Assembly (NCBI GenBank): GCA_937625935.1 | Contig: OW569349.1 | Location: 310,001 to 374,000, forward strand | Length of the DNA stretch: 64,000 nt | Direction: 5' to 3' | Source of the DNA: Tetramitus jugosus | Lineage: Eukaryota; Protista; Heterolobosea | The notes under the pieces: model-generated | Seen by the model: only the letters and a program-made list of their open reading frames with translations | Databases searched by the model: none | What the model was told of the DNA's origin: nothing | Position numbers and translations under genes: made by a program | Shown here: piece after piece, positions 23,936-33,282 of the stretch | How the letters are laid out: each line of letters starts with the position of its first letter | How positions within the stretch are numbered: position 1 is the stretch's first letter

Positions 23936-24158
23936 ACACTCTTTGTAATTTTGATTGTAAAGAAAAACTATCCATACAACCAAGAACCACAACAACCTCT
24001 TCAAGACAAATCCTTGCTCTACTCAAATTTCAAAAAAGTTTTTGAAGCAAAGTTCCCGCCTTTTTTTCGAATCATGAAGAATGAGGTTCTCTGTTGATTG
24101 AAGCGACCACCAAAAAAAAAACCAAAACACAACACACACCAACAACAACAATAAAAAC

Positions 24159-24689
24159 ATGTCTGAAGAAACTGCCACCGTCACCACCACTACCCCAATC
24201 GAAAACGAAGCAACTACCATCACCACCAGTGAAGAAAATGTTGAAGAAGAGTGCAATGCTACTTTTACTCCACTTGTTGATTTGAACCAATTGCCAGAGG
24301 TTGAAGTCAAGTCTCACGAAGAAAACGAGAATGTTCTTGGCAAATTCAAGACCAAGATGTTCAGATATGACAATGACTCCAAGGAATGGAAGGAACGTGG
24401 TTTTGGTGACCTAAAGTTCCTCCAAAGCAAGGAAGACAGCACCAAGATTAGAGTTTTGATGAGAAGAGACAAGACTTTGAAGATTTGTGCTAACCATTAC
24501 ATTCTACCAGAGATGGAATTGAAGGAAAATGTGGGAAGCGACAGATCATGGGTGTACACCACTCCTGCTGACTTTTCTGAAGAGGAGACAAAGTCTGAAT
24601 TGTTGGCCATTCGTTTCCAAACTGCTGATGTCGCAAAGCAATTCAAGGAAAAGTTTGAGGAAGCTCAAGCTCTTGTCGACAAGGAATAA
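24159..24689 (+). CDS. RANBP1: Ran-binding protein 1
   Basis: EWKERG.GD, VLMRRDKTLKICANH and GSDRSWVY motifs. Confidence 0.95.
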   Translation: MSEETATVTTTTPIENEATTITTSEENVEEECNATFTPLVDLNQLPEVEVKSHEENENVLGKFKTKMFRYDNDSKEWKERGFGDLKFLQSKEDSTKIRVLMRRDKTLKICANHYILPEMELKENVGSDRSWVYTTPADFSEEETKSELLAIRFQTADVAKQFKEKFEEAQALVDKE

Positions 24690-24948
24690 ATTTCAGCAAA
24701 TTTGTCATTTTTTTTTGAATCCTACTTTGTGCTTGTCGTTGTTGTTTGTATTCACTTGGTGCTGTTGATCGATGGAATGAGCAATTAGATAAGCTTGTGA
24801 TCGAGTGATGATCCGTGTGAAAATTTAATCGGACCAAATTTCAGAGACAGATCATGGAGGCGACTTTCACACAGAGCATTCCTATCCGATCTGCGTCCAC
24901 TGTTAACAAACAACAAAAGCCACCGAACCATAAAAACAAACAACAATC

Positions 24949-26313
24949 ATGATTCACATCAAAAATGCGACACTGATCAACGAGGGTCAACTGATCCCAT
25001 CCACTGATATTTTCATCAATTCCACAACAGGTAAAATTGACTCGATTACGAGCAGTAGCAACAACAATGACCACCACGCGAACGTCACAAGAACAATTGA
25101 TGCCACTGGAAAATACATCATGCCAGGTGTGATTGACACCCATGTTCATTTCCGCGAACCCGGTCTCACACAAAAAGCCGACATGCGAACAGAGTCCATG
25201 GCGGCTGTTTACGGCGGGACAACTACCGTGTTTGATATGCCCAACACGGTTCCTCAAGCTCTCGATCAGCAAACATTGCAAAACAAGTATGACTTGGCAG
25301 AGACCAAATGTCTTGCCAATTATTCATTCTATATGGGATTGTCTGATACGAATTTGGACAGTGAAGTGATGAAAACGGATGAAAAGGCTGTTTGTGCACT
25401 CAAGGTGTTCATGTGTCACTCTACAGGCAACATGAAAGTGGATGAGAACTTGTTGGATAGCTTGTTTTCAAAGTACAAGGGCATGATTTGCACTCATTGT
25501 GAAGATGAGTGCGTTGTCAATCAAAATGCACAAGTTGTCAAACAAAAGTACTCTGATCCAGCTCAAATTCCATGGAGTTGTCATGCAGAGATTCGGAGTG
25601 AGGAAGCATGTGTGAAGTCGACAGAATTGGCGATTCGGATGGCCAAGAAACACAATGCTAGATTGCACGTTGTTCATTTGACAAGTGCTGGTGAGTTGGA
25701 GTTGTTTGATGATGAGAATGTACCGCTCACTAACAAGAGAATTACTTGTGAAGTGGCACCTCATCATCTTTGGTTTGACAAGTCTGATTATGAAAAGTAT
25801 GGTAGCTTGATCAAGTGTAATCCATCCATCAAGGAAGCAAGACACAAGGGAGCTCTATTGGATGCCCTGTTGCATGACAAGATTGACATGATTGCTACGG
25901 ATCATGCACCTCATTTGCTGTCTGAGAAGAATGATAATTATTGGAATGCACCTTCAGGAATCCCTACCATTCAACATTCACTCTATATGATGCTTCAATT
26001 TTATAAGCAGGGAAAGATTAGTTTGGAAAAGCTCGTAGAGAAGATGTGTCACAGTCCTGCATTGTGCTTCCAAGTGAGCAAGAGAGGATTTGTTCGTGAG
26101 GGCTACTGGGCAGACTTGGTATTGTTGGATCTCGATGCAAAGACAACTGTAACCAAGGAGAGCATACTGTACAAGTGTGGTTGGTCACCATTTGAAGGAT
26201 ACACATTCGATTCCAACATTACTCACACATTTGTCAATGGACAAATAGCATGCGAGAATGGAGTTGTGAACGAGAATGTTCGCGGACAACGAGTCTTATT
26301 CGACAGATCATAA
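24949..26313 (+). CDS. pyrC: Dihydroorotase (stand-alone, bacterial-type)
   Basis: PGVIDTHVHFREPG, DMPNT, KCNP, IATDHAPH, APSG and KCGWSPFEG motifs. Confidence 0.92.
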   Translation: MIHIKNATLINEGQLIPSTDIFINSTTGKIDSITSSSNNNDHHANVTRTIDATGKYIMPGVIDTHVHFREPGLTQKADMRTESMAAVYGGTTTVFDMPNTVPQALDQQTLQNKYDLAETKCLANYSFYMGLSDTNLDSEVMKTDEKAVCALKVFMCHSTGNMKVDENLLDSLFSKYKGMICTHCEDECVVNQNAQVVKQKYSDPAQIPWSCHAEIRSEEACVKSTELAIRMAKKHNARLHVVHLTSAGELELFDDENVPLTNKRITCEVAPHHLWFDKSDYEKYGSLIKCNPSIKEARHKGALLDALLHDKIDMIATDHAPHLLSEKNDNYWNAPSGIPTIQHSLYMMLQFYKQGKISLEKLVEKMCHSPALCFQVSKRGFVREGYWADLVLLDLDAKTTVTKESILYKCGWSPFEGYTFDSNITHTFVNGQIACENGVVNENVRGQRVLFDRS

Positions 26314-26543
26314 ACAACACACAGCTCTTATGAAGAGCATGCATTTTGTTCATGTATTCCACAGCCATCCTGCTTGCCCCATTGGTTGTATTCCTCGTGA
26401 AATTTAATCCGTCCAACACCGATCTCCCCGACAAGAATCTGACCTGGCTTCTTTTCTAGAGAGCGACGAGTGAATATTCACACCGACCGACTCAACAACA
26501 ACCACCATAAAGAAACAAACAACAACAACAACAATACAGAAGA

Positions 26544-27527
26544 ATGACCAAGGGAGAATCAACAGAGCGATCCATCATCCGTCACATTTACACATCAGAC
26601 AACTACTCTAGAGAAGACATCATCTCCCTGTGTCAGCAAGCATCTCAATACAGAGAGACATGCTCCACAATGGACGGCAGAAAACGGATGCTCAAAGTAC
26701 TCAAGGGTCGTGTCATTTCTCTCCTCTTTTATGAACCATCGACACGTACTTGTTGTAGCTTCCACAGTGCTGCACTTCAATTGGGTGCTTCGGTCATTCC
26801 TGTTGATGTTGGTCATTCTAGTGTAGTCAAGGGAGAGACACTTCAGGACACATTGCGCACACTGGAGCAATACAGTGACGCCATTGTAATGAGGCATCCC
26901 GAGAGCGGAGTTTTTCAGAGAATGATTCCGTTTGTGAAAGTTCCACTCATTTCTGGAGGCGATGGAAGTGGAGAACATCCGACACAGGCGTTGCTCGACA
27001 TGTTTACCATTTATTCACACAGGAACAATGTGTTGGATGGGTTGACTGTGACGATGGTGGGTGATTTAAAGTATGGAAGAACAGTTCATTCACTGAGCAG
27101 ATTATTGAGCAGATTTAGCGGCATTACGATTCATTATGTCTCACCAGACGAGCTCAAGATGCCACAAGAGTGCATGCAATGGGTTCGTCAGCAATCAGAG
27201 ACGCGAGGAACAGGAGATTTACAACAATTTGAACACTCTGAGCTAAGTGCTGAGCTCATTGCCAAAACAGATGTGTTGTATGTGACACGAATGCAAAAGG
27301 AGCGTTTCTTGAATGTGGAGGACTTTGAGGCAGTCAAGGACACATTTGTCATCAATGCAAAAACATTGTCACATGCCAAGAAGGATATGATTGTCATGCA
27401 TCCATTGCCTCGAGTGAATGAACTGGCTGAAGAGATTGACAATGATGAGAGATGCGTGTATTTTGATCAGATGAAGTGTGGCGTGTATATGCGCATGGCT
27501 TTACTGGCCAATACACTTTCAGAATAA
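26544..27527 (+). CDS. pyrB: Aspartate carbamoyltransferase
   Basis: FYEPSTRT, KGETLQDT, HPTQALLD, GDLKYGRTVHSL and HPLPR motifs. Confidence 0.95.
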   Translation: MTKGESTERSIIRHIYTSDNYSREDIISLCQQASQYRETCSTMDGRKRMLKVLKGRVISLLFYEPSTRTCCSFHSAALQLGASVIPVDVGHSSVVKGETLQDTLRTLEQYSDAIVMRHPESGVFQRMIPFVKVPLISGGDGSGEHPTQALLDMFTIYSHRNNVLDGLTVTMVGDLKYGRTVHSLSRLLSRFSGITIHYVSPDELKMPQECMQWVRQQSETRGTGDLQQFEHSELSAELIAKTDVLYVTRMQKERFLNVEDFEAVKDTFVINAKTLSHAKKDMIVMHPLPRVNELAEEIDNDERCVYFDQMKCGVYMRMALLANTLSE

Positions 27528-27593
27528 AATTTGATCCCAAAGGTGATCCACCTGCAGTGGCATCTGTTTCAAGACCCGTAGATGAGCGTTGGC

Positions 27594-29121
27594 TTTTTTT
27601 AACAATACAACCGATGGTTGCGAATGCCATCACTAATTTTTTGTTGCGAGCATCAGCAACCAACCATCTCCTTGGAGCTTGTGAAGAGCCTTTATCCTAG
27701 AGTACCTTGCGGGACCTACTCCTTTCAGCTTGAACTCTTCTTGGCCTCATCCAATTTGATGACCAATATTCCTCATCGAACGGTTGTGAGTTTTTCGTGA
27801 TTCCGTAGAGCGTCATTGTTATGTGTCTTCCTTGTGGGAGATGAATAGGCAATGGAGGGTGTGGACGCACCTCCTCTTCACCCTGTTCACGAATGATTTT
27901 GCTTTCTTTTCCGCCATGACCTTCTTCACACCTACCAAAAGAGCGTTGGCCCTGGTTATCTGTACATTATTTCCCAATGAGGCTCGTAGAGCCTCATTGC
28001 TTCTGTTTCTCCTTGGTTGACGTGAACAGTTGATGGAGGTCGTGAGACATCTCCGCTTCACACTGTTCACGAACGTTTTTGCTTTTTTTGCGGCTTGTGA
28101 CTTCGTCATCCCGTTGAGCACCAATCCATCTGTTACCTGCTCGTTGGCATCTACCTCGATGCCCATCATTCCTTGAAGGTATTCTTTGCTAGTTTTCCTT
28201 ATAGGTCTTCGCGACAACTTGCCTTCCATCAGTCGCAAGTTGTCAAACCATATGTCTATATAACTCTGTCGTGACACTCCTAACTCCACTAACTCGTCTC
28301 CTACTGTCATTGCAAGTAATCTTCGGCATTTCACTGCTCTGGGGCATCGAATCAGACAGTGAAGGACACTTTCAGCTTCAATCTGACACCACACACTTTT
28401 TGGACTTCCCAGATGTGTTGTAAAGGTAATGTACCACTTCTTCTGTGTGTAATGTGCCACTTCGGACCTGTACTTGGAATGTTGTTTTGATCCCTTCTTC
28501 AGGGATTCGTTGCGAGAGCCTCCACTACCATCTGGAGCACCACTGGTGAGGTCAGATGGCTCCGTAGTCCTAGCCAGTTGGTAGGACCTACGGAGAGCAC
28601 CTGACTTGATACTGGCCAACCTGGCCGGAATCTTGTTGGCAGCAGTGTCACCAACGGTGACACGTGCTGATCGCTTCTTGTGTTCGTTGAGTTGGGGACT
28701 CTGTAACTCACAGTCGGGGTTACTGAGATCCAACTCAACTGGATCTTCTTCGGTGGCTGTGCTTCTTGCACGGTCCACCATGATTGCTCGGGCAGCAATC
28801 TCTTTCTTGACTTTCTTGAACACCTCGGAGGTGTTCAATACTAGCTCGAGGATTGCTCTGTTACGAGCATCCTCATCATTGGTGTTGTTGGTTGGCTCTT
28901 GGGTGACCGTAGTTGGAGTGGCGGGATGGGACTCCGGCATGATCGACTCCCAGTCATCGGTCGTAGACGGAGTCGAAGGTTCGAATTCGGAGATTCGCTC
29001 CGGCGTCCTTGGAGACGGGGATGCGAGGGGAATCCGGTTGACGGAAGCCATATCTTTTAACACACTGACTTGGTGGCGCAGGTCGTCCACCACAGCCAGG
29101 AGCTCTTGAATACCAAGGGTG
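27594..29121 (-). mobile_element. Internally deleted non-LTR retrotransposon derivative (ORF1-like part fused to the C-terminal Zn-knuckle region of ORF2)
   Basis: Poly(T) at 27594 plus the family 3' hairpin. The ORF carries CQIEAESVLHCLIRC...WFD...LQGMMG...KRRC, paralogous to the C-terminus of the neighbouring RT ORF, but lacks the RT core. Confidence 0.75.
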
Positions 29122-29136
29122 AGAGTATAAGCTTGG

Positions 29137-32123
29137 TTTTTTTTTTTTTTTTTTTCCATACAACATTTGTTGCCACTTTATTCTATACACCACAGTGAGA
29201 CATGATTCCGCTCAGCACCGTTAGGTGATGAGCAGTGTTTCATCTCTCTTCACAACAGAATTGATATACACCTTGTATAGTGCCTTGATGCAGGCACGTT
29301 TGGTTGAGTCGACGACTCCCTTAATCCTTTTCTCTGCCTCCCTCTCCTTGCGTCCTTTAAGCTTCAGTTCCTCCAGAAGTTCCCCCCTAAAGTCTTCCTC
29401 TTTACCCATCAGACCTTCCAGAAGTCCCTCGGCAGATCTTTTGACGTTTCGTGGTTGGATCTCCCCTCCCACAAACAGTGCATCGTCGAACCATAGAACC
29501 AACTTGGCAGTGTCTGGTGGTTTCATCCTTTTCAACTTGTCTTTTAGTTCCTCTGCCACTTTACTTCTTGCTGCTTTGGCATAATCACACTCAACCAGCA
29601 GATGAATGATGGTCTCGGGGCTTTTGCCGCAAAGAGAACATGTAACATCACCTATGGCATTGTACAACTTCTGCATGACCACTTTCGTATGCAAGGTACC
29701 ACTCCTGACCTGGTGGTAGAACCACAGCTCCTTCCTATCCAGTCCAAAAGGACATTTCAAGAAATAGTTCCACTCCACTGACTTCTGTAACTCCGAATCA
29801 AGCCACCATCCTCCATTCAATCCAATAAATTCTGTCCTCTGTTTTACAAATGATTCCACTACTCCTTCTCGAATGTTGGGATTCTCGTTGACCACACCAT
29901 TAGCTAGCACTTTGATTTCCGTCTTACTAGTTCTTCTAGCAAGCAGCGACTCATTGCACGGTTTTCCAAGCAGTTCCAGGTAGGCTTGCACTATTCTGTA
30001 CTTTGCCGGACCAATCCCTTTCATATGGTATCTTTTCTTTGCCTCCATGTAAGGTATGACCATAACTCCGTCCCCATCGAAGAGTTGGGAGTTTCTCGAG
30101 ATGCCAGACCGCAAGAGTATTCTTGACACATGAGTTGGGAGGCACCAAGCAATGCTACACTTCTCACACTCGTGAGCATTGTCAGTATTGATGATAATTC
30201 GCGACGAGTGGAGGAGTTTGGCACACCAGGCGAGGTATGTATGCTTAACTTCACGAAGGCGAGTGCTGGATTTGAATAGGCTCGATCTAACGAGCGTTTG
30301 GCATTGCTTGACATCATCAAGCGTATCCAGCAGTAGTGTTCGTGCTTCAGTGTCCTTCTTTCCAGACAACATACTGGCGACAAATGCGGCGGTCCTTGCA
30401 ATTAAACTTTCCTTGAAGTCATTGAGTCCAACGCCACCCTTGTCCCTATCAACCGAGAGTAGAACCGAGGGGAACCTCTTGAGGGAACCTGACCCGTGCT
30501 TCACTGCTTTGCGTCCGATTCCTTCCACCTCATTAAGCCACTTCTTGGGCCAATGGGTGAACTCGGAAGCAAAAAGGAACACGGGATGAACACAGGTGTT
30601 GATAATCCTAGCTGTTTGACTTGGACTCAACTTCATAAACCTCAGTCTGTTCAATATCCGCAACACCTTAGCCTTAGCTTGTTTCTTTTGGACTTCCGTG
30701 TCCCCACTCAGATTAGTGAAAAGCCCCAGTGCACGGAACCCCGTGTATCTGTCTTTTGCCGCAATTTCTTTGTTGGCCACTCTGATCACTGGTTTGTTCT
30801 CGCTCTTACGTGCAAAGAACTCCAGCTTATCAGGATGCATACTAAGACCCAGCCAACCAAGAGCTCTGTGCATCTCATTGGCCGTTCTTTCAATATCCCC
30901 AAGGTCATCACTGAATAGATTGCAATCATCAACGTATGCCACATTCCAAATTCGTTGTGACATAGCACGATATCCGGAGGACTTCATCCGAGCATAGAGC
31001 AGCACCAGTTGATGCACGATGACGTACGTTGTCGGCGATAACGAGTCACCTTGTCTTGTTCCGCGGTCGATGAAGATCCTACGCGACCGACACTGTGTTC
31101 CAATCGTAGCCACATTTGACTCCAACATATTTTGTATGAGAGATACGATGTGCTCAGGGTAGTTAAAGAACCGGTAGGCCGCTGTGATAGCATTGTGAGG
31201 GACGCTATCAAATGCCTTGGAGATATCAGTTAACAGCACATACAACTGTCCATCCTTCCTGTTAGCATGGTCGATTACACCACGTATGATAGAGAGCTTT
31301 TCTCTAATGTCTCTCATCTTTCTCCCCCCTCCTTGCGTATTGGTGAAGACTCCTGCCTTCTCAGCCGCATCAGAAATTCTCTGGTTTAGCAATCTGGTGA
31401 AAACCTTTGATAGACCACTGAGTAGGCAAATGGGGCGGAAATTGGATATAGTCATAGGACACCCCTTCTTATACGCTGGTACAATAATACATTGCTTCCA
31501 CTTGCTTGGGAAAATTCCTGTCTGAACTATCCTATTGAATAGCGTTGTCAGCACCTCCGCGAATTCATGACTGTAGTCTCTCTTCTTAGTAGAGCTCAGC
31601 TTCAGCATTTCATTGCATACTCTATCAATTCCCGGGGCCTTGCCGTTCCGCAGCCATTTCAAGGACTGCTTCACTTCTGCCACTTTGAATTGGGAGAAAG
31701 ACTGCTCCATGTCTTTTCCATTGCGTGGCAATTCGTTGAGGAAAGATATATCAGCTATATCATACTCAAACACTTCTTCGAAGTACCTAGCGGCATGTTC
31801 AGCCACTTTACTCGGGTCGGTTACAATGCACTCTCCCTCTTTATAGCTCTTAAACCTCAGCCTCTGTGACCTCTTACCCGTTGCTGCATTGAAGAAAAAT
31901 CTCGGGTCGATGAACTCAGTTGTTCTGGCTTTGTACAGCCATTTGGCAAACTTTTTGTTCGCTCTACGAGCCCTTTCCTCTTGTATTAACAACTCTATCT
32001 TCGCCAGGGTTAACAAGATCCCCTCCTGAGAGTGCACCTCACCATAGGCCTTACACACTCGCTCCGCCCCTGGTGAACCTAACCAGTCAGAGGACAATCG
32101 CTCCACAAGACTCTTTCTATCTC
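29137..32123 (-). mobile_element. 5'-truncated non-LTR (L1/Tx1-like) retrotransposon with poly(A) tail and 15-16 bp TSD
   Basis: Poly(T) at 29137-29155; AGAGTATAAGCTTGG(T) at 29122-29137 and 32124-32139. Confidence 0.93.
29221..32106 (-). CDS. Reverse transcriptase ORF2, endonuclease domain lost by 5' truncation
   Basis: KAPGID, FRPICLL, DISKAFDSV, GTRQGDSLSP, YVDD and a C-terminal CSLC....ETIIHLLVEC knuckle; the frame is open up to the junction. Confidence 0.95.
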   Translation of the reverse strand: MERLSSDWLGSPGAERVCKAYGEVHSQEGILLTLAKIELLIQEERARRANKKFAKWLYKARTTEFIDPRFFFNAATGKRSQRLRFKSYKEGECIVTDPSKVAEHAARYFEEVFEYDIADISFLNELPRNGKDMEQSFSQFKVAEVKQSLKWLRNGKAPGIDRVCNEMLKLSSTKKRDYSHEFAEVLTTLFNRIVQTGIFPSKWKQCIIVPAYKKGCPMTISNFRPICLLSGLSKVFTRLLNQRISDAAEKAGVFTNTQGGGRKMRDIREKLSIIRGVIDHANRKDGQLYVLLTDISKAFDSVPHNAITAAYRFFNYPEHIVSLIQNMLESNVATIGTQCRSRRIFIDRGTRQGDSLSPTTYVIVHQLVLLYARMKSSGYRAMSQRIWNVAYVDDCNLFSDDLGDIERTANEMHRALGWLGLSMHPDKLEFFARKSENKPVIRVANKEIAAKDRYTGFRALGLFTNLSGDTEVQKKQAKAKVLRILNRLRFMKLSPSQTARIINTCVHPVFLFASEFTHWPKKWLNEVEGIGRKAVKHGSGSLKRFPSVLLSVDRDKGGVGLNDFKESLIARTAAFVASMLSGKKDTEARTLLLDTLDDVKQCQTLVRSSLFKSSTRLREVKHTYLAWCAKLLHSSRIIINTDNAHECEKCSIAWCLPTHVSRILLRSGISRNSQLFDGDGVMVIPYMEAKKRYHMKGIGPAKYRIVQAYLELLGKPCNESLLARRTSKTEIKVLANGVVNENPNIREGVVESFVKQRTEFIGLNGGWWLDSELQKSVEWNYFLKCPFGLDRKELWFYHQVRSGTLHTKVVMQKLYNAIGDVTCSLCGKSPETIIHLLVECDYAKAARSKVAEELKDKLKRMKPPDTAKLVLWFDDALFVGGEIQPRNVKRSAEGLLEGLMGKEEDFRGELLEELKLKGRKEREAEKRIKGVVDSTKRACIKALYKVYINSVVKRDETLLIT

Positions 32124-32166
32124 AGAGTATAAGCTTGGTGTAATTTTAGGATTTGCAATTACATCA

Positions 32167-32237
32167 GCTGCTTTAGTATAGTGGTAGTACACGGGATTGT
32201 GGCTCCCGCAACACCGGTTCGATTCCGGTAGGCGGCA
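32167..32237 (+). tRNA. tRNA-His(GTG)
   Basis: Acceptor stem GCTGCTT/AGGCGGC+A, anticodon arm CGGGA-TTGTGGC-TCCCG, T arm ACCGG-TTCGATT-CCGGT, followed by a T4 run. Confidence 0.96.
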
Positions 32238-32296
32238 ACTTTTGCTCGTGAGCACAAACCATTTCTTGGCCAAAAAACCAGCAAACAATTCCACGC

Positions 32297-33238
32297 TTGA
32301 TCATGTTACTTCTTCTCGTTTCAATCCTTTGGGTATTATTGCCTCTATATGTTTGGTACGACCGTTTCTATCGTTATAGTCGAACCCTCGCCCAGACTCA
32401 CTCATCTGGCTACTACAAGGACAAGCATGTGTTGATCACTGGTGCCACATCTGGAATTGGAGAAGGCCTCGTCTACAGGTATGCCAAGGGAGGAGCCAAG
32501 ATTGTGATTACTGCCCGAAGAGAAAACGAACTGCAGAGGGTCAAGGACACATGCCAAACAAAGTATGGCAACAATCAAGTGAACATTGCTGTTTGTGATT
32601 TGGCAAAGGAAGAGGACTGTGAGAGACTGATCAGAGAGAGCTTGCAATTCTTGGAGCAGAGGATTGATGTCATTGTATTGAATGCTGGTCTGGGATCGTT
32701 GCTTCGATTCCGTGATATCAAAGATCTGAGTGGTCATCATCAAGTGATGGATGTGAATTTTTGGGGCTGTGTGAACACAACGTTCTATGCACTGCCTCAT
32801 CTGAAGAAACAGGAGAAGGGAGCAAAGATTGTTGTAGTCTCAAGTGTTTTAGGAAAGACGGGAACTGTGTTCAGAACGGCTTATGCAGCCAGTAAGCACG
32901 CTCTGCATGGATTCTATGATAGCTTGCGCGTGGAATTCGTGAATGAAAAAGTTCCTATTCAAGTTCAAATCCTTTGTCCTGGCTTCGTGAAGACAAACAT
33001 TCATGTGGCAGCACTCGGAAGCACAAAGCAAAATTTGAAGAGAGATCTTAGTCGATTCATGTCCGTGGAGGAGTGTGTCGATAGAATGCTCGTTGCAATG
33101 GAAGGAAACCAATTTGAAGTGTTCTTGGACACTTTGGGTCTGATGGCAGCCTATGTGACTCCATTTATGCCTCAATTCCTCTCAGATCGCATCCGTATTC
33201 GTGCTGCATTAAAAGCAGTGAGCACCGACACAAACTAG
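32297..33238 (+). CDS. Short-chain dehydrogenase/reductase (DHRS7-like); start codon uncertain
   Basis: N-terminal TM, TGATSGIG, NAG and YAASK motifs. Confidence 0.9.
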   Translation: MIMLLLLVSILWVLLPLYVWYDRFYRYSRTLAQTHSSGYYKDKHVLITGATSGIGEGLVYRYAKGGAKIVITARRENELQRVKDTCQTKYGNNQVNIAVCDLAKEEDCERLIRESLQFLEQRIDVIVLNAGLGSLLRFRDIKDLSGHHQVMDVNFWGCVNTTFYALPHLKKQEKGAKIVVVSSVLGKTGTVFRTAYAASKHALHGFYDSLRVEFVNEKVPIQVQILCPGFVKTNIHVAALGSTKQNLKRDLSRFMSVEECVDRMLVAMEGNQFEVFLDTLGLMAAYVTPFMPQFLSDRIRIRAALKAVSTDTN

Positions 33239-33282
33239 TTGCTAAAAAGCAAAAACATATTAAATAAATTATTATATTTTCA

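Noticed and set aside
27578-27593. TSD for the deleted element (GATGAGCGTTGGC vs AGAGTATAAGCTTGG)
   Set aside because: Similarity is too weak to call
29122-29159. MEKKKKK N-terminus of the 446-aa ORF
   Set aside because: It is translated poly(A) tail and TSD of the adjacent element, not a real start
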